Made by a program: the position numbers and the translations under genes. From assembly GCA_963719035.1 (NCBI GenBank), contig CAVRAO010000006.1, forward strand, positions 165,601-197,600: a stretch of 32,000 nt of DNA, given 5' to 3'. Each line of letters begins with the position of its first letter. Positions within the stretch are counted from its first letter, which is position 1. Origin of the DNA: Methanobacteriota archaeon. GTDB taxonomy: Archaea; Halobacteriota; Bog-38; Methanoflorentales; Methanoflorentaceae. Under the pieces are notes generated by a model. It did not search any database. It saw nothing but the letters and a program-made list of their open reading frames with translations, and was not told where the DNA came from. Shown here in pieces: positions 8,473 to 16,932 of this stretch.

Positions 8473-9663
8473 ATGACAATACTTGCATTTCAGCCTTTTT
8501 CTGGCGCTTCAGGGGATATGCTCGTCGGAAGTCTCATCGATCTTGGCGCCGACGCATCCGCCGTTCGAGAGAGCATGGAAGCTGCTGCCAACGTCGACGT
8601 TGAGATCTACGAGGTGAGCAAATCGGGCATACGTGCAACGCAAGTCACCATCGTCGCCGAGGCGGGGCCGCTTGCTTATCGAGAGCTTATGAACGTGCTT
8701 AAATCTTGCGAGCTCAGTCCACATATAGTCGCTGACGCGAGTGCGATATTTGAGATTATTGCGAACGCAGAAGCAGCCGTACATGGTGTTCAAAAAGAAG
8801 AGCTCGAGTTCCACAAAATAGGTGCTCGGGATGCCATTGCAGACGTAGTCGGTGCTTGCACGGCCATGTCACTTCTCAACGTTGACTCAATATTCACAAC
8901 CCCCATATTCGTTGGCGGTGGGTCGTTAGAGACCGATCACGGGCTTCTCCCGATCCCGGCTCCTGCAACTGCCGCAATACTAGCCAAATACCACTTGATA
9001 ACTCGTGGAGGGCCTGTGGAAGGAGAGCTGCTGACCCCAACGGGTGCAGCTATTCTCGCCTTTTTTACGGGAATTTCAGACGTTTTTTTGCCCCAAATGA
9101 CCATTGAACGCGTGGGTTATGGCGCAGGATTTCACGACTTTTCTCACCCAAACGTTCTGCGTGCTACGCTTGGTCAGAGCGATGAGGGTCTGCTTGAAGA
9201 TGATGTCCAAGTGCTCGAAACTAACGTGGACGACGTGACAGGAGAGGTGCTTGGAAATCTGGTCGAGGGGCTCCTCGAAATAGGCGCTCTGGACGTTGCA
9301 ATAGTGCCCACGACCGGGAAAAAAAGCAGAACCGGGCATCTTATCCAAGTGATAGCCCGCCCCGCCGACTCCAATAGATTGACAAAAAAGATAATCGAAG
9401 AAACGGGCAGTTTGGGCGTGCGGATCATGCCGACGCGTCACAGACTCATAGCTTTACGGCGCAGTGAAGCCGTAACGGTTCGTATCGGTAGCGAGTCCCA
9501 CACAATCAGCGTAAAAGTTGCCACAGATCAACACGGCACTGTACTAAACGTCGCTGCTGAGTTTGACGACGCTGCGAAACTTGCCAAAAGACTCGGCATC
9601 CCAGTCAAACACGTTATCAGGGTAGCTGAACAAGAGGCTTGGGCTCGACTTAACAGCAGTTAG
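8473..9663 (+). CDS. larC: LarC-family nickel insertion protein (DUF111; nickel-pincer cofactor biosynthesis)
   Basis: The N-terminus [27 protein letters not shown] is the LarC/UPF0272 signature (F.P.sG.SGDM..gaL.dLG). The ~396-aa length fits. No larB or larE is present in the window. Confidence 0.88.
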   Translation: MTILAFQPFSGASGDMLVGSLIDLGADASAVRESMEAAANVDVEIYEVSKSGIRATQVTIVAEAGPLAYRELMNVLKSCELSPHIVADASAIFEIIANAEAAVHGVQKEELEFHKIGARDAIADVVGACTAMSLLNVDSIFTTPIFVGGGSLETDHGLLPIPAPATAAILAKYHLITRGGPVEGELLTPTGAAILAFFTGISDVFLPQMTIERVGYGAGFHDFSHPNVLRATLGQSDEGLLEDDVQVLETNVDDVTGEVLGNLVEGLLEIGALDVAIVPTTGKKSRTGHLIQVIARPADSNRLTKKIIEETGSLGVRIMPTRHRLIALRRSEAVTVRIGSESHTISVKVATDQHGTVLNVAAEFDDAAKLAKRLGIPVKHVIRVAEQEAWARLNSS

Positions 9664-10295
9664 CACGTTTGATTCTGTTTTGTACGTTTATGCTCAGTTA
9701 ACGCCTCTGTAATCGTTATTTCACCTATCGCAACTCTTTTCGCAAGCTGTCTCGAGATCGTTGTTCGCCCTTCTGAGAGTTCCCTACTCCTCTCTTGAAT
9801 CCACCTTATCTCGCCCTTCGAAGGGAGGATCTCTTGGTGCCCCACGCGTACTCCTTGCGTGTACGCGATGTTTATAGCGGCGACTATGTCGGAGATCGCG
9901 GCCCCGCCCGTGCCCTTTCCGAGGTACGGAGAAGTCCCGCTTTCATCGACGAGTTCGACTGGTATCCCCTGGGCCACTAACGAGTTTGCTAAACGCATGC
10001 TCGCGAGGCGAGCCCCATGTCCAATTCGTACAAGTATGTCAGAATATGTCTGCTTGATTCTCTCTATTACGCCAACGGCCTGCCCCACGGGAACACGATA
10101 AACCGCTTCGACGATACCATTAGAGAGAACAGCAATACCAGGCTCTTCCCCCGGATCAATGCCGATAACGGCGCACCCACGAAAAGCGCCATTCCTAAGA
10201 AGTCTGATTGCTTCATTCACCGTCGTCTCAGGATCAGACGCCACTACAACGTTGGGAAAGGTGATCGCGCTCGCCTCCTCTTTAGAAGTTATCAC
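9660..10295 (-). CDS. RNase H-fold (RuvC/YqgF-like) predicted nuclease, COG2433/DUF460-like (family recalled from memory)
   Basis: AVIGIDPGEEPGIAVL (first acidic residue in the IGIDPG strand) and IPVELVDESGTSPY (YqgF-like DE..T[ST]) are present. Coordinates are the canonical GTG-started track ORF. Protein-like sequence continues upstream (see the finding at 10296-10460). The stop overlaps the larC stop by 4 nt. Confidence 0.6.
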   Translation of the reverse strand: MITSKEEASAITFPNVVVASDPETTVNEAIRLLRNGAFRGCAVIGIDPGEEPGIAVLSNGIVEAVYRVPVGQAVGVIERIKQTYSDILVRIGHGARLASMRLANSLVAQGIPVELVDESGTSPYLGKGTGGAAISDIVAAINIAYTQGVRVGHQEILPSKGEIRWIQERSRELSEGRTTISRQLAKRVAIGEITITEALTEHKRTKQNQTC

Positions 10296-10544
10296 GACGC
10301 CGATTTCACGCCCTATCGCGTCGCTTGGCGCAATAGTTACAAATTTAAGCCCCTTTTCGCGAAGCGTTTTGGTTATGTCCTGGAAAAGCGCGAAGTCCGT
10401 AGTTGCTAGGGCGATGTGAATTCTTGCCCCTCCACTCTGTAGTTGAGGGACGAACCTTTATAACCCTAACTCTCCATTAGGCTGTAGTTAACGACAATCG
10501 CGTCGTTTCTCTCTATCGGATTTGCTTTGAGGTTCTAAACACTG

Positions 10545-11210
10545 ATGCTTTATCCTAGCACCTGCCACAATCTAGATGCCCTGATTGGTGGTGGATTTCC
10601 GACTAGAGCTATTTCACACATTTTCGGAGAGCCGGGAAGCGGAAAAACTACGTTAGGTATACAGCTTGCTATAAACGTCATTAGACGCGAAAAGCGCGTC
10701 ATTTTTGTTGCTGCCGACAAGTTTCCAGGAGAACGATTCGCCCAAATCGCCGGAACTGACGTGGGATCCATCGGTCAGAGACTGCTCGTCTTCGAGGTGA
10801 AAAGCTTCGACCAGCAGCGTGCGACGCTTCGCAACATTAAGAGAATAGCAAAGGAGAATGTGGGGCTTGTCGTTCTCGATGCGGCAACGACGCACTATCG
10901 ACTGGAGCAGTCAAAGAACACTGAAAGTGCGTTGCAGCACGCCCTCGTTAATCAACTGCTTTTGCTACTCGGATTAGCGAAGAAATTCGATCTGGGCGTG
11001 GTTGTAACCAACCAAGTCTACGCCGACATCGATACCAAGGAAGTGTTGCCCGTTGCAGGGTATCTAATTGACAACCTGTCGAAAGTCGTTGTGCAATTTG
11101 CAAAAACCGATGGCGGGCGGCGGTGTGCGATCGTGAAAAAACACCCGACGCAGCCGCGCGATGCACACACGTGTTTCAAAATTACTGGCGATGGGCTCTC
11201 AGATGCCTAA
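10545..11210 (+). CDS. radB: RadB, archaeal RadA/Rad51 paralogue
   Basis: 221 aa with no N-terminal HhH domain. LDALIGGGFPTRAISHIFGEPGSGKTTLGIQLA gives Walker A, and LVVLD gives Walker B. Size and motifs fit RadB rather than RadA. Confidence 0.88.
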   Translation: MLYPSTCHNLDALIGGGFPTRAISHIFGEPGSGKTTLGIQLAINVIRREKRVIFVAADKFPGERFAQIAGTDVGSIGQRLLVFEVKSFDQQRATLRNIKRIAKENVGLVVLDAATTHYRLEQSKNTESALQHALVNQLLLLLGLAKKFDLGVVVTNQVYADIDTKEVLPVAGYLIDNLSKVVVQFAKTDGGRRCAIVKKHPTQPRDAHTCFKITGDGLSDA

Positions 11211-12022
11211 CCTCTCTTAAGGAGATAAGTACCTGTATAGACCAGTTCTGCAGGCCCCTCCATAAACGCACCATCTTTTTTCAACGAAATTTTTAAAGAG
11301 CCGCCTAACGTGTTCACAGTCACCCTCGTGCCGATCAGACCCATCTGGTTCGCAACGGCAGCGGCGGCGACGGCACCCGTTCCGCAGCTGAGCGTCTCGT
11401 GTTCGACGCCGCGCTCGTATGTGCGAACAAAGAGCGTGTTGCCGTTTATCTTAACAAAATCGACGTTAGCACCATGCGGAAATATGGGATCAAAGCGAAT
11501 CTTTGCTGCCAAATCGGCAATATCGTCGTCAGCTACGTCGTCAAAGACTATCGCGTGAGGAACACCAGTGTTGACGGCAGAGACTACAACGCCGTGCATA
11601 TTTTCGACGAATACATCGCCGGTTCCCCGGGCCGGTATTGCTGAGCGCGCAAACTGAGGCTTGCCCATGTCGACGATCACTGAGGTTTTCTTAGCCGTGA
11701 CTTTCCGAATTCCTGCCTTAGTCTTCACTGTGACCGTGCCGCGCTTGACGTAACCAGCGTCAACTGCGTATAAGGCCAGGCACCTGATGCCGTTGCCGCA
11801 CATCTCCGCTTCGGAGCCGTCAGGTTGAAACAACCGCATGCCAAGATCGGTAGTGCTTGGTCGCGATAGAAAAAGAACCCCGTCAGCACCTATCCCAAAT
11901 CTACGATCACATGCCTTTACAGCGAAACTTGACTTGCTTTTGACTGAGCCGTCCTTGCTTTCGTCAACGATGATGAAGTCGTTGCCATTGCCGTGCATCT
12001 TGACAAATGGTATCGTTTTCAT
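11207..12022 (-). CDS. dapF: Diaminopimelate epimerase
   Basis: The product begins MKTIPFVKMHGNGNDFIIVDE. The two catalytic Cys motifs MCGNGIRC and SCGTGAVAAA are present. Confidence 0.95.
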   Translation of the reverse strand: MKTIPFVKMHGNGNDFIIVDESKDGSVKSKSSFAVKACDRRFGIGADGVLFLSRPSTTDLGMRLFQPDGSEAEMCGNGIRCLALYAVDAGYVKRGTVTVKTKAGIRKVTAKKTSVIVDMGKPQFARSAIPARGTGDVFVENMHGVVVSAVNTGVPHAIVFDDVADDDIADLAAKIRFDPIFPHGANVDFVKINGNTLFVRTYERGVEHETLSCGTGAVAAAAVANQMGLIGTRVTVNTLGGSLKISLKKDGAFMEGPAELVYTGTYLLKRG

Positions 12023-12031
12023 GTTAGATCC

Positions 12032-13312
12032 TTAGAGCAAGTGGGGGGGGATATCTTGACCGACCAGCAGACCCCCATAAGATTCTCTCGCTCGTATAAT
12101 TTCCGCCTCGCCCTTGTTAACAAGAACTTCGCTTGCACGTGTCCGACCATTGTACTGAGAGCTCATGGCAAACCCGTAAGCCCCAGTGTCGAGTACCGCG
12201 ATGAGATCTCCCTTTTCAACGCGGGGAAGGCGCCGATCTCTCGCTAGGATGTCACCGCTTTCGCAGATCGGACCGACGATTGTGTACGTGTGATCGGACG
12301 TTTGTGCGAGCTTGTTTGCTACGATCACCTCGTGGTACGAGCCATACAAGGTCGGGCGGAGTAGCAAGTTGAACCCTGCGTCAACACCTACAAAAGTACT
12401 GTAAGCCTCTTTGACGGTATTTACCGCACAGAGCAGAATGGAGGCATCTCCAACGACGTATCTTCCCGGTTCAAGCACGAGCTTGGGACGGATGCCAAGG
12501 GCGCTAGAGCGCGTGAAAAAGATCGGGAGCACTGTGTTAGCGAGGTCGAACGGGGTCGGAGCCGTGCCCGTGTATGGTATACCGAGCCCACTGCCAATAT
12601 CGACAAAATCAAGTTCAAGATGAAGCTCTTTTTTAAGCCCCTCAACGAGATCCATCATTCGCATCATCATTTCTGCGAATGGACTAAGCTCGAGTATCTG
12701 TGAACCGATGTGGCAATGAATACCTACGGGTCGGACGCCCTCAAGAGATAGCGCTTCGACGTAGCACGCTAGTACCTTATCATGCGGGATTCCAAACTTC
12801 GATTGCGCCAAGCCGGTGGCAACTTTTGGGTGTGTGGCTGGCGATACGTCTGGGTTGACCCTAAAGGCAATTTCTACCTCTTTGTTAGCTTCTGTGGCGA
12901 TTCGGGCGAGAGCTTTCAGTTCATCAAGTGAATCGACAGAGACTCGAACGCCGGTTTCGCACGCCATGCGAAGTTCAGCATCAGTTTTTGAGTTGCCATT
13001 AAAGAGGATACGTTCAGGGGGGATCCCTGCAAGAAGGGCGGCGTACAGCTCACCGTCGGAGAAGACATCGGCGCCAGCACCCTCTTGCGCGAGCACGCGC
13101 AGCACGGCGAGGTTGCCGTTGGCCTTTGCGGCATAGTAGACGTCCGCGTCAGGGAACGCGGCTGCAAAGCGTCTGTAGTTGCTTCGAATGCGCCTCTCAT
13201 CGACGACGTATAGCGGCGTGCCGTGCTCTCGCGCGAGATCGACAACGTCGGCGCCACCAATCGTAAGGTGCCCCTCCTTCTCGCCAAGGTGATCGCGCGT
13301 ACCGAAATTCAT
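12032..13312 (-). CDS. lysA: Diaminopimelate decarboxylase
   Basis: From track ORF 12032..13330. It has YAAKANGN (PLP Lys), HCHIGSQ, and GPICESGD...LDTGAYG. ATG 13312 is preceded by GAGGAGG at 9-nt spacing and lies 1 nt after the dapL stop, so I prefer it to TTG 13330. Confidence 0.95.
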   Translation of the reverse strand: MNFGTRDHLGEKEGHLTIGGADVVDLAREHGTPLYVVDERRIRSNYRRFAAAFPDADVYYAAKANGNLAVLRVLAQEGAGADVFSDGELYAALLAGIPPERILFNGNSKTDAELRMACETGVRVSVDSLDELKALARIATEANKEVEIAFRVNPDVSPATHPKVATGLAQSKFGIPHDKVLACYVEALSLEGVRPVGIHCHIGSQILELSPFAEMMMRMMDLVEGLKKELHLELDFVDIGSGLGIPYTGTAPTPFDLANTVLPIFFTRSSALGIRPKLVLEPGRYVVGDASILLCAVNTVKEAYSTFVGVDAGFNLLLRPTLYGSYHEVIVANKLAQTSDHTYTIVGPICESGDILARDRRLPRVEKGDLIAVLDTGAYGFAMSSQYNGRTRASEVLVNKGEAEIIRARESYGGLLVGQDIPPHLL

Positions 13313-13313
13313 C

Positions 13314-14468
13314 TCAGACAACCTCCTCAAGCCGTCTTACTGCTTCTTTAATCGTATTAACAGGCACTGTTAATGCAAATCTAATGTAGCCCTCGCCATA
13401 TTCTCCAAAGCCAATGCCCGGCGTAGCAACAATTCCTGCGTCTAGCAGCTTCAGAGAGAAGTCCAGTGACGGACTTCCATCTGGGACTAAAGCCCAGACA
13501 TAAAACGTCGCCTTTGGCTTCTCGACGGACCAGCCGATGTTCCTCAGACCGTCAACTAGCGCATCCCTCCGTTCGACGTAGAGTTTTCTAAGGGCGTTGA
13601 CCGTGTCCTGTGGTCCCGTCAAGGCCATAATCCCGGCTTCCTGTACCGCTTGGAACGCGCCGGAGTCGAGGTTCGACTTGACCTTTTTGAGGCCCGCGAT
13701 GACATCAGCGTTCCCCACTGCAAAGCCCATTCGCCAGCCTGTCATGTTGAACGCTTTAGAGAGGCTGTTGATTTCAATTCCTACTTCCATCGCACCGGGG
13801 ACTGAAAGAAACGACGGCGCTGCATACCCATCAAACGTCAGCTCCATATAGGCGGCATCGTGACACACGATAACGTCGTTGTCTTGAGCATAGTCGACGA
13901 CCGTTCTAAAAAAGGCTTCGTCAGCAACAGCTGCAGTGGGGTTATTCGGATAGTTTATAAAGAGCAACTTAGCATCTGGTGCCGCTTTCTCTATGTCAGG
14001 CAAGAAACCATTGTCGGCAGTTAGCGGCATCGTTATCGGTTTACCGTCAGCTAAGATAGTTGCGATTTTGTAAACAGGATATGCAGGATCCGGAACGAGC
14101 ACTTTGTCCCCTTGATTGACGAAAGCTAAAGGCAGATGTGCGAGGCCTTCCTTTGACCCAATTAGCGCCAATACCTCGTTTGCCGGATCGAGGTCGATGC
14201 GTTTCTTCGCGTACCACTCGCCTACCGCTTCTCGATATGTCAGCATGCCCTCCGAGGAGGGGTACCGATGATTCGCTCCTTTATGCGCAGCGTGCACGAG
14301 TGAGTCGACGATATGAGCGGGCGTCGGCTGATCGGGATCGCCCACGCCTAGATCAATGATATCGATTCCCTGTGCCTCCTTTTCTGCCTTTCGCGCATCG
14401 ATTTGTGCGAAAAGGTACGGAGGCAGCACGTCGAGTCTCGTTGAATATTTACTGGTCGAGTTCGCCAT
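13314..14468 (-). CDS. dapL: LL-diaminopimelate aminotransferase (class I/II aminotransferase, DapL-type)
   Basis: The N-terminus RLDVLPPYLFAQIDARK...IDLGVGDPDQPTP and the PLP site NSLSKAFNMTGWRMG are present. The gene sits directly upstream of and is translationally coupled to lysA-dapF. DapL versus a generic aspartate aminotransferase cannot be separated rigorously by eye. Confidence 0.82.
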   Translation of the reverse strand: MANSTSKYSTRLDVLPPYLFAQIDARKAEKEAQGIDIIDLGVGDPDQPTPAHIVDSLVHAAHKGANHRYPSSEGMLTYREAVGEWYAKKRIDLDPANEVLALIGSKEGLAHLPLAFVNQGDKVLVPDPAYPVYKIATILADGKPITMPLTADNGFLPDIEKAAPDAKLLFINYPNNPTAAVADEAFFRTVVDYAQDNDVIVCHDAAYMELTFDGYAAPSFLSVPGAMEVGIEINSLSKAFNMTGWRMGFAVGNADVIAGLKKVKSNLDSGAFQAVQEAGIMALTGPQDTVNALRKLYVERRDALVDGLRNIGWSVEKPKATFYVWALVPDGSPSLDFSLKLLDAGIVATPGIGFGEYGEGYIRFALTVPVNTIKEAVRRLEEVV

Positions 14469-14712
14469 GTGTCTACCTTGTTGACAGCTGCAAGCCTGGT
14501 ACGCTCAAGCGCAGCTTTTTAAAACGCTGAAACATCTAAACAGCCTGCGAGAACTTATATTCGCTCATCTTTATTGAGGTTGCTTTTCGAATAAAGATTT
14601 ATTGGGGGCACTTATGTGCGAACCAAGATGTGCTCCCGTTCACTATGAGCTGCAAGCTAGTATGCAAACCTTTATTTTCTAGAAGATTTCCATATAGGCG
14701 AGAGCTGATATA

Positions 14713-15330
14713 ATGAATAATCGCAATCTAATTGTCACGCTAGCGGTTGTGGCGCTGTTAACAGTAGCAGCGACGACAGCGGGCTGCGCGACTAATACCA
14801 CTCCTTCGCCAACTCCGATCCCTGCGACGCAGACGACGGTTGGGAACAATACGACGTTTTCGAGCGGTGCGGGTTTCAACATCACGTATCCAAAAACTCT
14901 TAAGACAGACCAGTCTACGGATACAAAAACTCCCGTTAGAATCTACATCTATCTGGATCCAAAAGAGGTAATTGACGGTGTTCTAGTAGGGACAGAAGGC
15001 CTTACTGCCGGTCAAACGCTAAACGACTTCGCAAATGCCAAGGTATTTAATCTTAAGAATAGCAGCAACGCAGGGCTCTACAAGAATTTTACGCTCAACG
15101 AGACCAATTCAACATTTGCTGGAAAACCTGCGCGCACTGTCGTTTTTTCGGGAATTCTTCCCATCCAGTACAACAAGACAACGGCGAAAAACGTATCAGT
15201 TAAAGAGATGCAAACGTTCGTCGTCAATAATAATATAGGGTATGTTATAACGTACAAAACTGTTTCCAGCGACTACGACAAGTATCTAGCGCAAGCACAA
15301 CGAATAATGAACTCATTTGTGCTGACGTAG
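14713..15330 (+). CDS. Secreted lipoprotein-like protein rich in N-glycosylation sequons
   Basis: It has a signal peptide plus a lipobox-like LTVAATTAGC, then a Thr/Pro-rich linker (TPSPTPIPATQTT). I count about 10 N-X-S/T sequons in 205 aa (NTT, NNT, NTT, NIT, NSS, NFT, NET, NST, NKT, NVS). Confidence 0.75.
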   Translation: MNNRNLIVTLAVVALLTVAATTAGCATNTTPSPTPIPATQTTVGNNTTFSSGAGFNITYPKTLKTDQSTDTKTPVRIYIYLDPKEVIDGVLVGTEGLTAGQTLNDFANAKVFNLKNSSNAGLYKNFTLNETNSTFAGKPARTVVFSGILPIQYNKTTAKNVSVKEMQTFVVNNNIGYVITYKTVSSDYDKYLAQAQRIMNSFVLT

Positions 15331-15344
15331 GCCCAATATTTTGC

Positions 15345-15381
15345 AGGGTAGCGAGCAATATTCTCTCTACCCTAACTTTTT
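15345..15381 (+). terminator. Hairpin plus T5 tract after the lipoprotein gene
   Basis: AGGGTAG (15345-15351) pairs with CTACCCT (15367-15373) as a 7-bp stem, followed by TTTTT at 15377-15381, 15 nt after the stop codon. Confidence 0.4.
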
Positions 15382-15469
15382 CTCGCCCGGAGCACTTTCT
15401 TTGTCTAGCTAATACCAGGTTTCCAAAACTTAGCGCACGCGAAAACTTGTGAAATAAAACCCAGTTCTG

Positions 15470-15486
15470 GCTTTTTAAAAAAAAGC
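15470..15486. terminator. Bidirectional oligo-T/oligo-A tract between convergent genes
   Basis: GCTTTTTAAAAAAAAGC reads T5 on the + strand and T8 on the - strand. Oligo-T is the main archaeal termination signal, and this tract lies between the convergent lipoprotein and PHP genes. Confidence 0.35.
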
Positions 15487-15833
15487 GATTGTAAGAAGCG
15501 CTGGCCGTCCAAACTGAACAGCCAGCTGACTTACTTGGTCGTATAGACCAATACTTACGTTATAAAACAGTTCCGATGTTATGCTGTGTTGTTTGATTTG
15601 GCCGGTCACCTCACAAGGTTTAGTTGATAATTCGTGCGCTTCAATCCTATTTGTATTTTTTCATTATTAATCGTGAATGATAGCGAACATCGACAAGACT
15701 TGAGCGGTTTAACGCGGGTATCGTTCTATATACTCATCAACCACTGCCAGTGGCAAAACCATTATCACACCAGGCATTTATCCTGCTTTCGAGGGAGTCG
15801 CCATTGAACTAACACATCAAACCTTACGTGCAC

Positions 15834-16445
15834 TCACAGCGTATCATCGAGATAATCATACGATAAGTGAGAATCCACTATCTGGGTCTTGCCACTAGCG
15901 AGGGCTTCTTTAGTCTTGCTAAAACCAGCGTCACGTATAAGCGTCGTACCATTTCCTATCTCAAAGGCTTGGTGCGCATCACTTGCCCCTATGATGGGCT
16001 TGCCATATTCACGAGCGAGTTGTTGCGCGAGAGCGTTGCTTGAGGCGCTCGTTTTTGAATTGAAACCCTCAATGAGATCAACTTGTGGAATCACGTCGCC
16101 GCTCAACAAGTTCTTGCCGAATCGGAACGGATGTGCCCACAAAACTAACCCTCCCTGCACCTTGATCTCCGTGATTACATCCGCCGTTTTTGTCGACTCA
16201 ATTTCTTCCTCTAAAAACAACCCTATTAGATCCGCTTTATCATCCGTTTCAACCTCGGAGCCGACGATTACCAAAAAATCAGGATCGTTATTTAGCTTGC
16301 GCGTTTCAATTCCGCCTTTGATTGTCAGGTGATCGCTAACTGCGATCCCGTCCAATCCCTTTTTCTTCGCGACTTTGAGAATAATTGCCGGTTCCATTGT
16401 ACAGTCACCGGAATATTTTGAGTGAATATGGAGGTCAAAAATCAA
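15834..16445 (-). CDS. PHP-domain metal-dependent phosphoesterase (TrpH/COG0613-like)
   Basis: The TTG start gives (M)IFDLHIHSKYSGDCTMEP...GLDGIAVSDH...WAHPFR...GASDAH, which carries the PHP His/Asp metal-ligand motifs. 203 aa. Confidence 0.85.
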   Translation of the reverse strand: MIFDLHIHSKYSGDCTMEPAIILKVAKKKGLDGIAVSDHLTIKGGIETRKLNNDPDFLVIVGSEVETDDKADLIGLFLEEEIESTKTADVITEIKVQGGLVLWAHPFRFGKNLLSGDVIPQVDLIEGFNSKTSASSNALAQQLAREYGKPIIGASDAHQAFEIGNGTTLIRDAGFSKTKEALASGKTQIVDSHLSYDYLDDTL

Positions 16446-16898
16446 TTTTGTATTCTCCCAGACGGATTTTTTTGCACATTTTAGTCAAAGTAATTATACA
16501 ACTGACACATTTAAGCTGCAAACAAAAGGCGCTCAATGAGGAATTTGTAACTTTCGCCACCTCAGGTTACTACAACGGAAGGCCCATCTCAGGGAAATGC
16601 GGTTAAGACGAGGCCTCTTATATTTACAGAACGAAAATGTAAGTCGCATTTTGATGTCTGTCAATCCTCGGCGCCCGAATTCACCTCGCACTTTGATAGT
16701 CATCTTAACAAAGTTAAGTGGACATTTGTAAGCAGAGGATCAATTTAACTACCTTAGTTTTCTCTTTAATCGAAGTACTTTTAGCGCTGAGATGTCCTGA
16801 TTCCAACAACGCACAGCCGAAATTAGATAGAGTACGTGAAAAGTCGCTGCTATACTGACAAGATTCCCCTCGAATAATAAAGACGTGCGGAGTACCGA

Positions 16899-16905
16899 TT
16901 AATAT
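16899..16905 (+). promoter_or_regulatory. TATA-like box for hel308
   Basis: TTAATAT, with its centre ~31 nt upstream of ATG 16933, giving a near-leaderless mRNA. Confidence 0.3.
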
Positions 16906-16932
16906 CGGACTACGCCTATAAGCGTGTAGCAC

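Noticed and set aside
9660-9663. 4-nt convergent stop-codon overlaps (larC with the RNase H-fold gene here, and radB with dapF at 11207-11210). GT-C and ilvD are also separated by only 2 nt at 29040-29041.
   Set aside because: This is common genome compaction in archaea and not evidence of functional coupling. I note only that it leaves no room for intergenic terminators.
12411-13287. Overlapping ORFs within lysA. The same pattern recurs at 25866-26461, 27350-28781 and 29193-30646 within the flippase, GT-C and ilvD genes.
   Set aside because: These are the same kind of shadow ORFs in moderately GC-rich coding DNA, with no independent support.
16385-16932. Track ORFs 16385-16606 (+, 73 aa) and 16714-16932 (-, 72 aa) in the PHP/hel308 spacer.
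   Set aside because: They have no family resemblance, odd composition, and no TATA or SD in a suitable position. The second would run into the hel308 promoter. I left them as unexplained spacer rather than calling genes.
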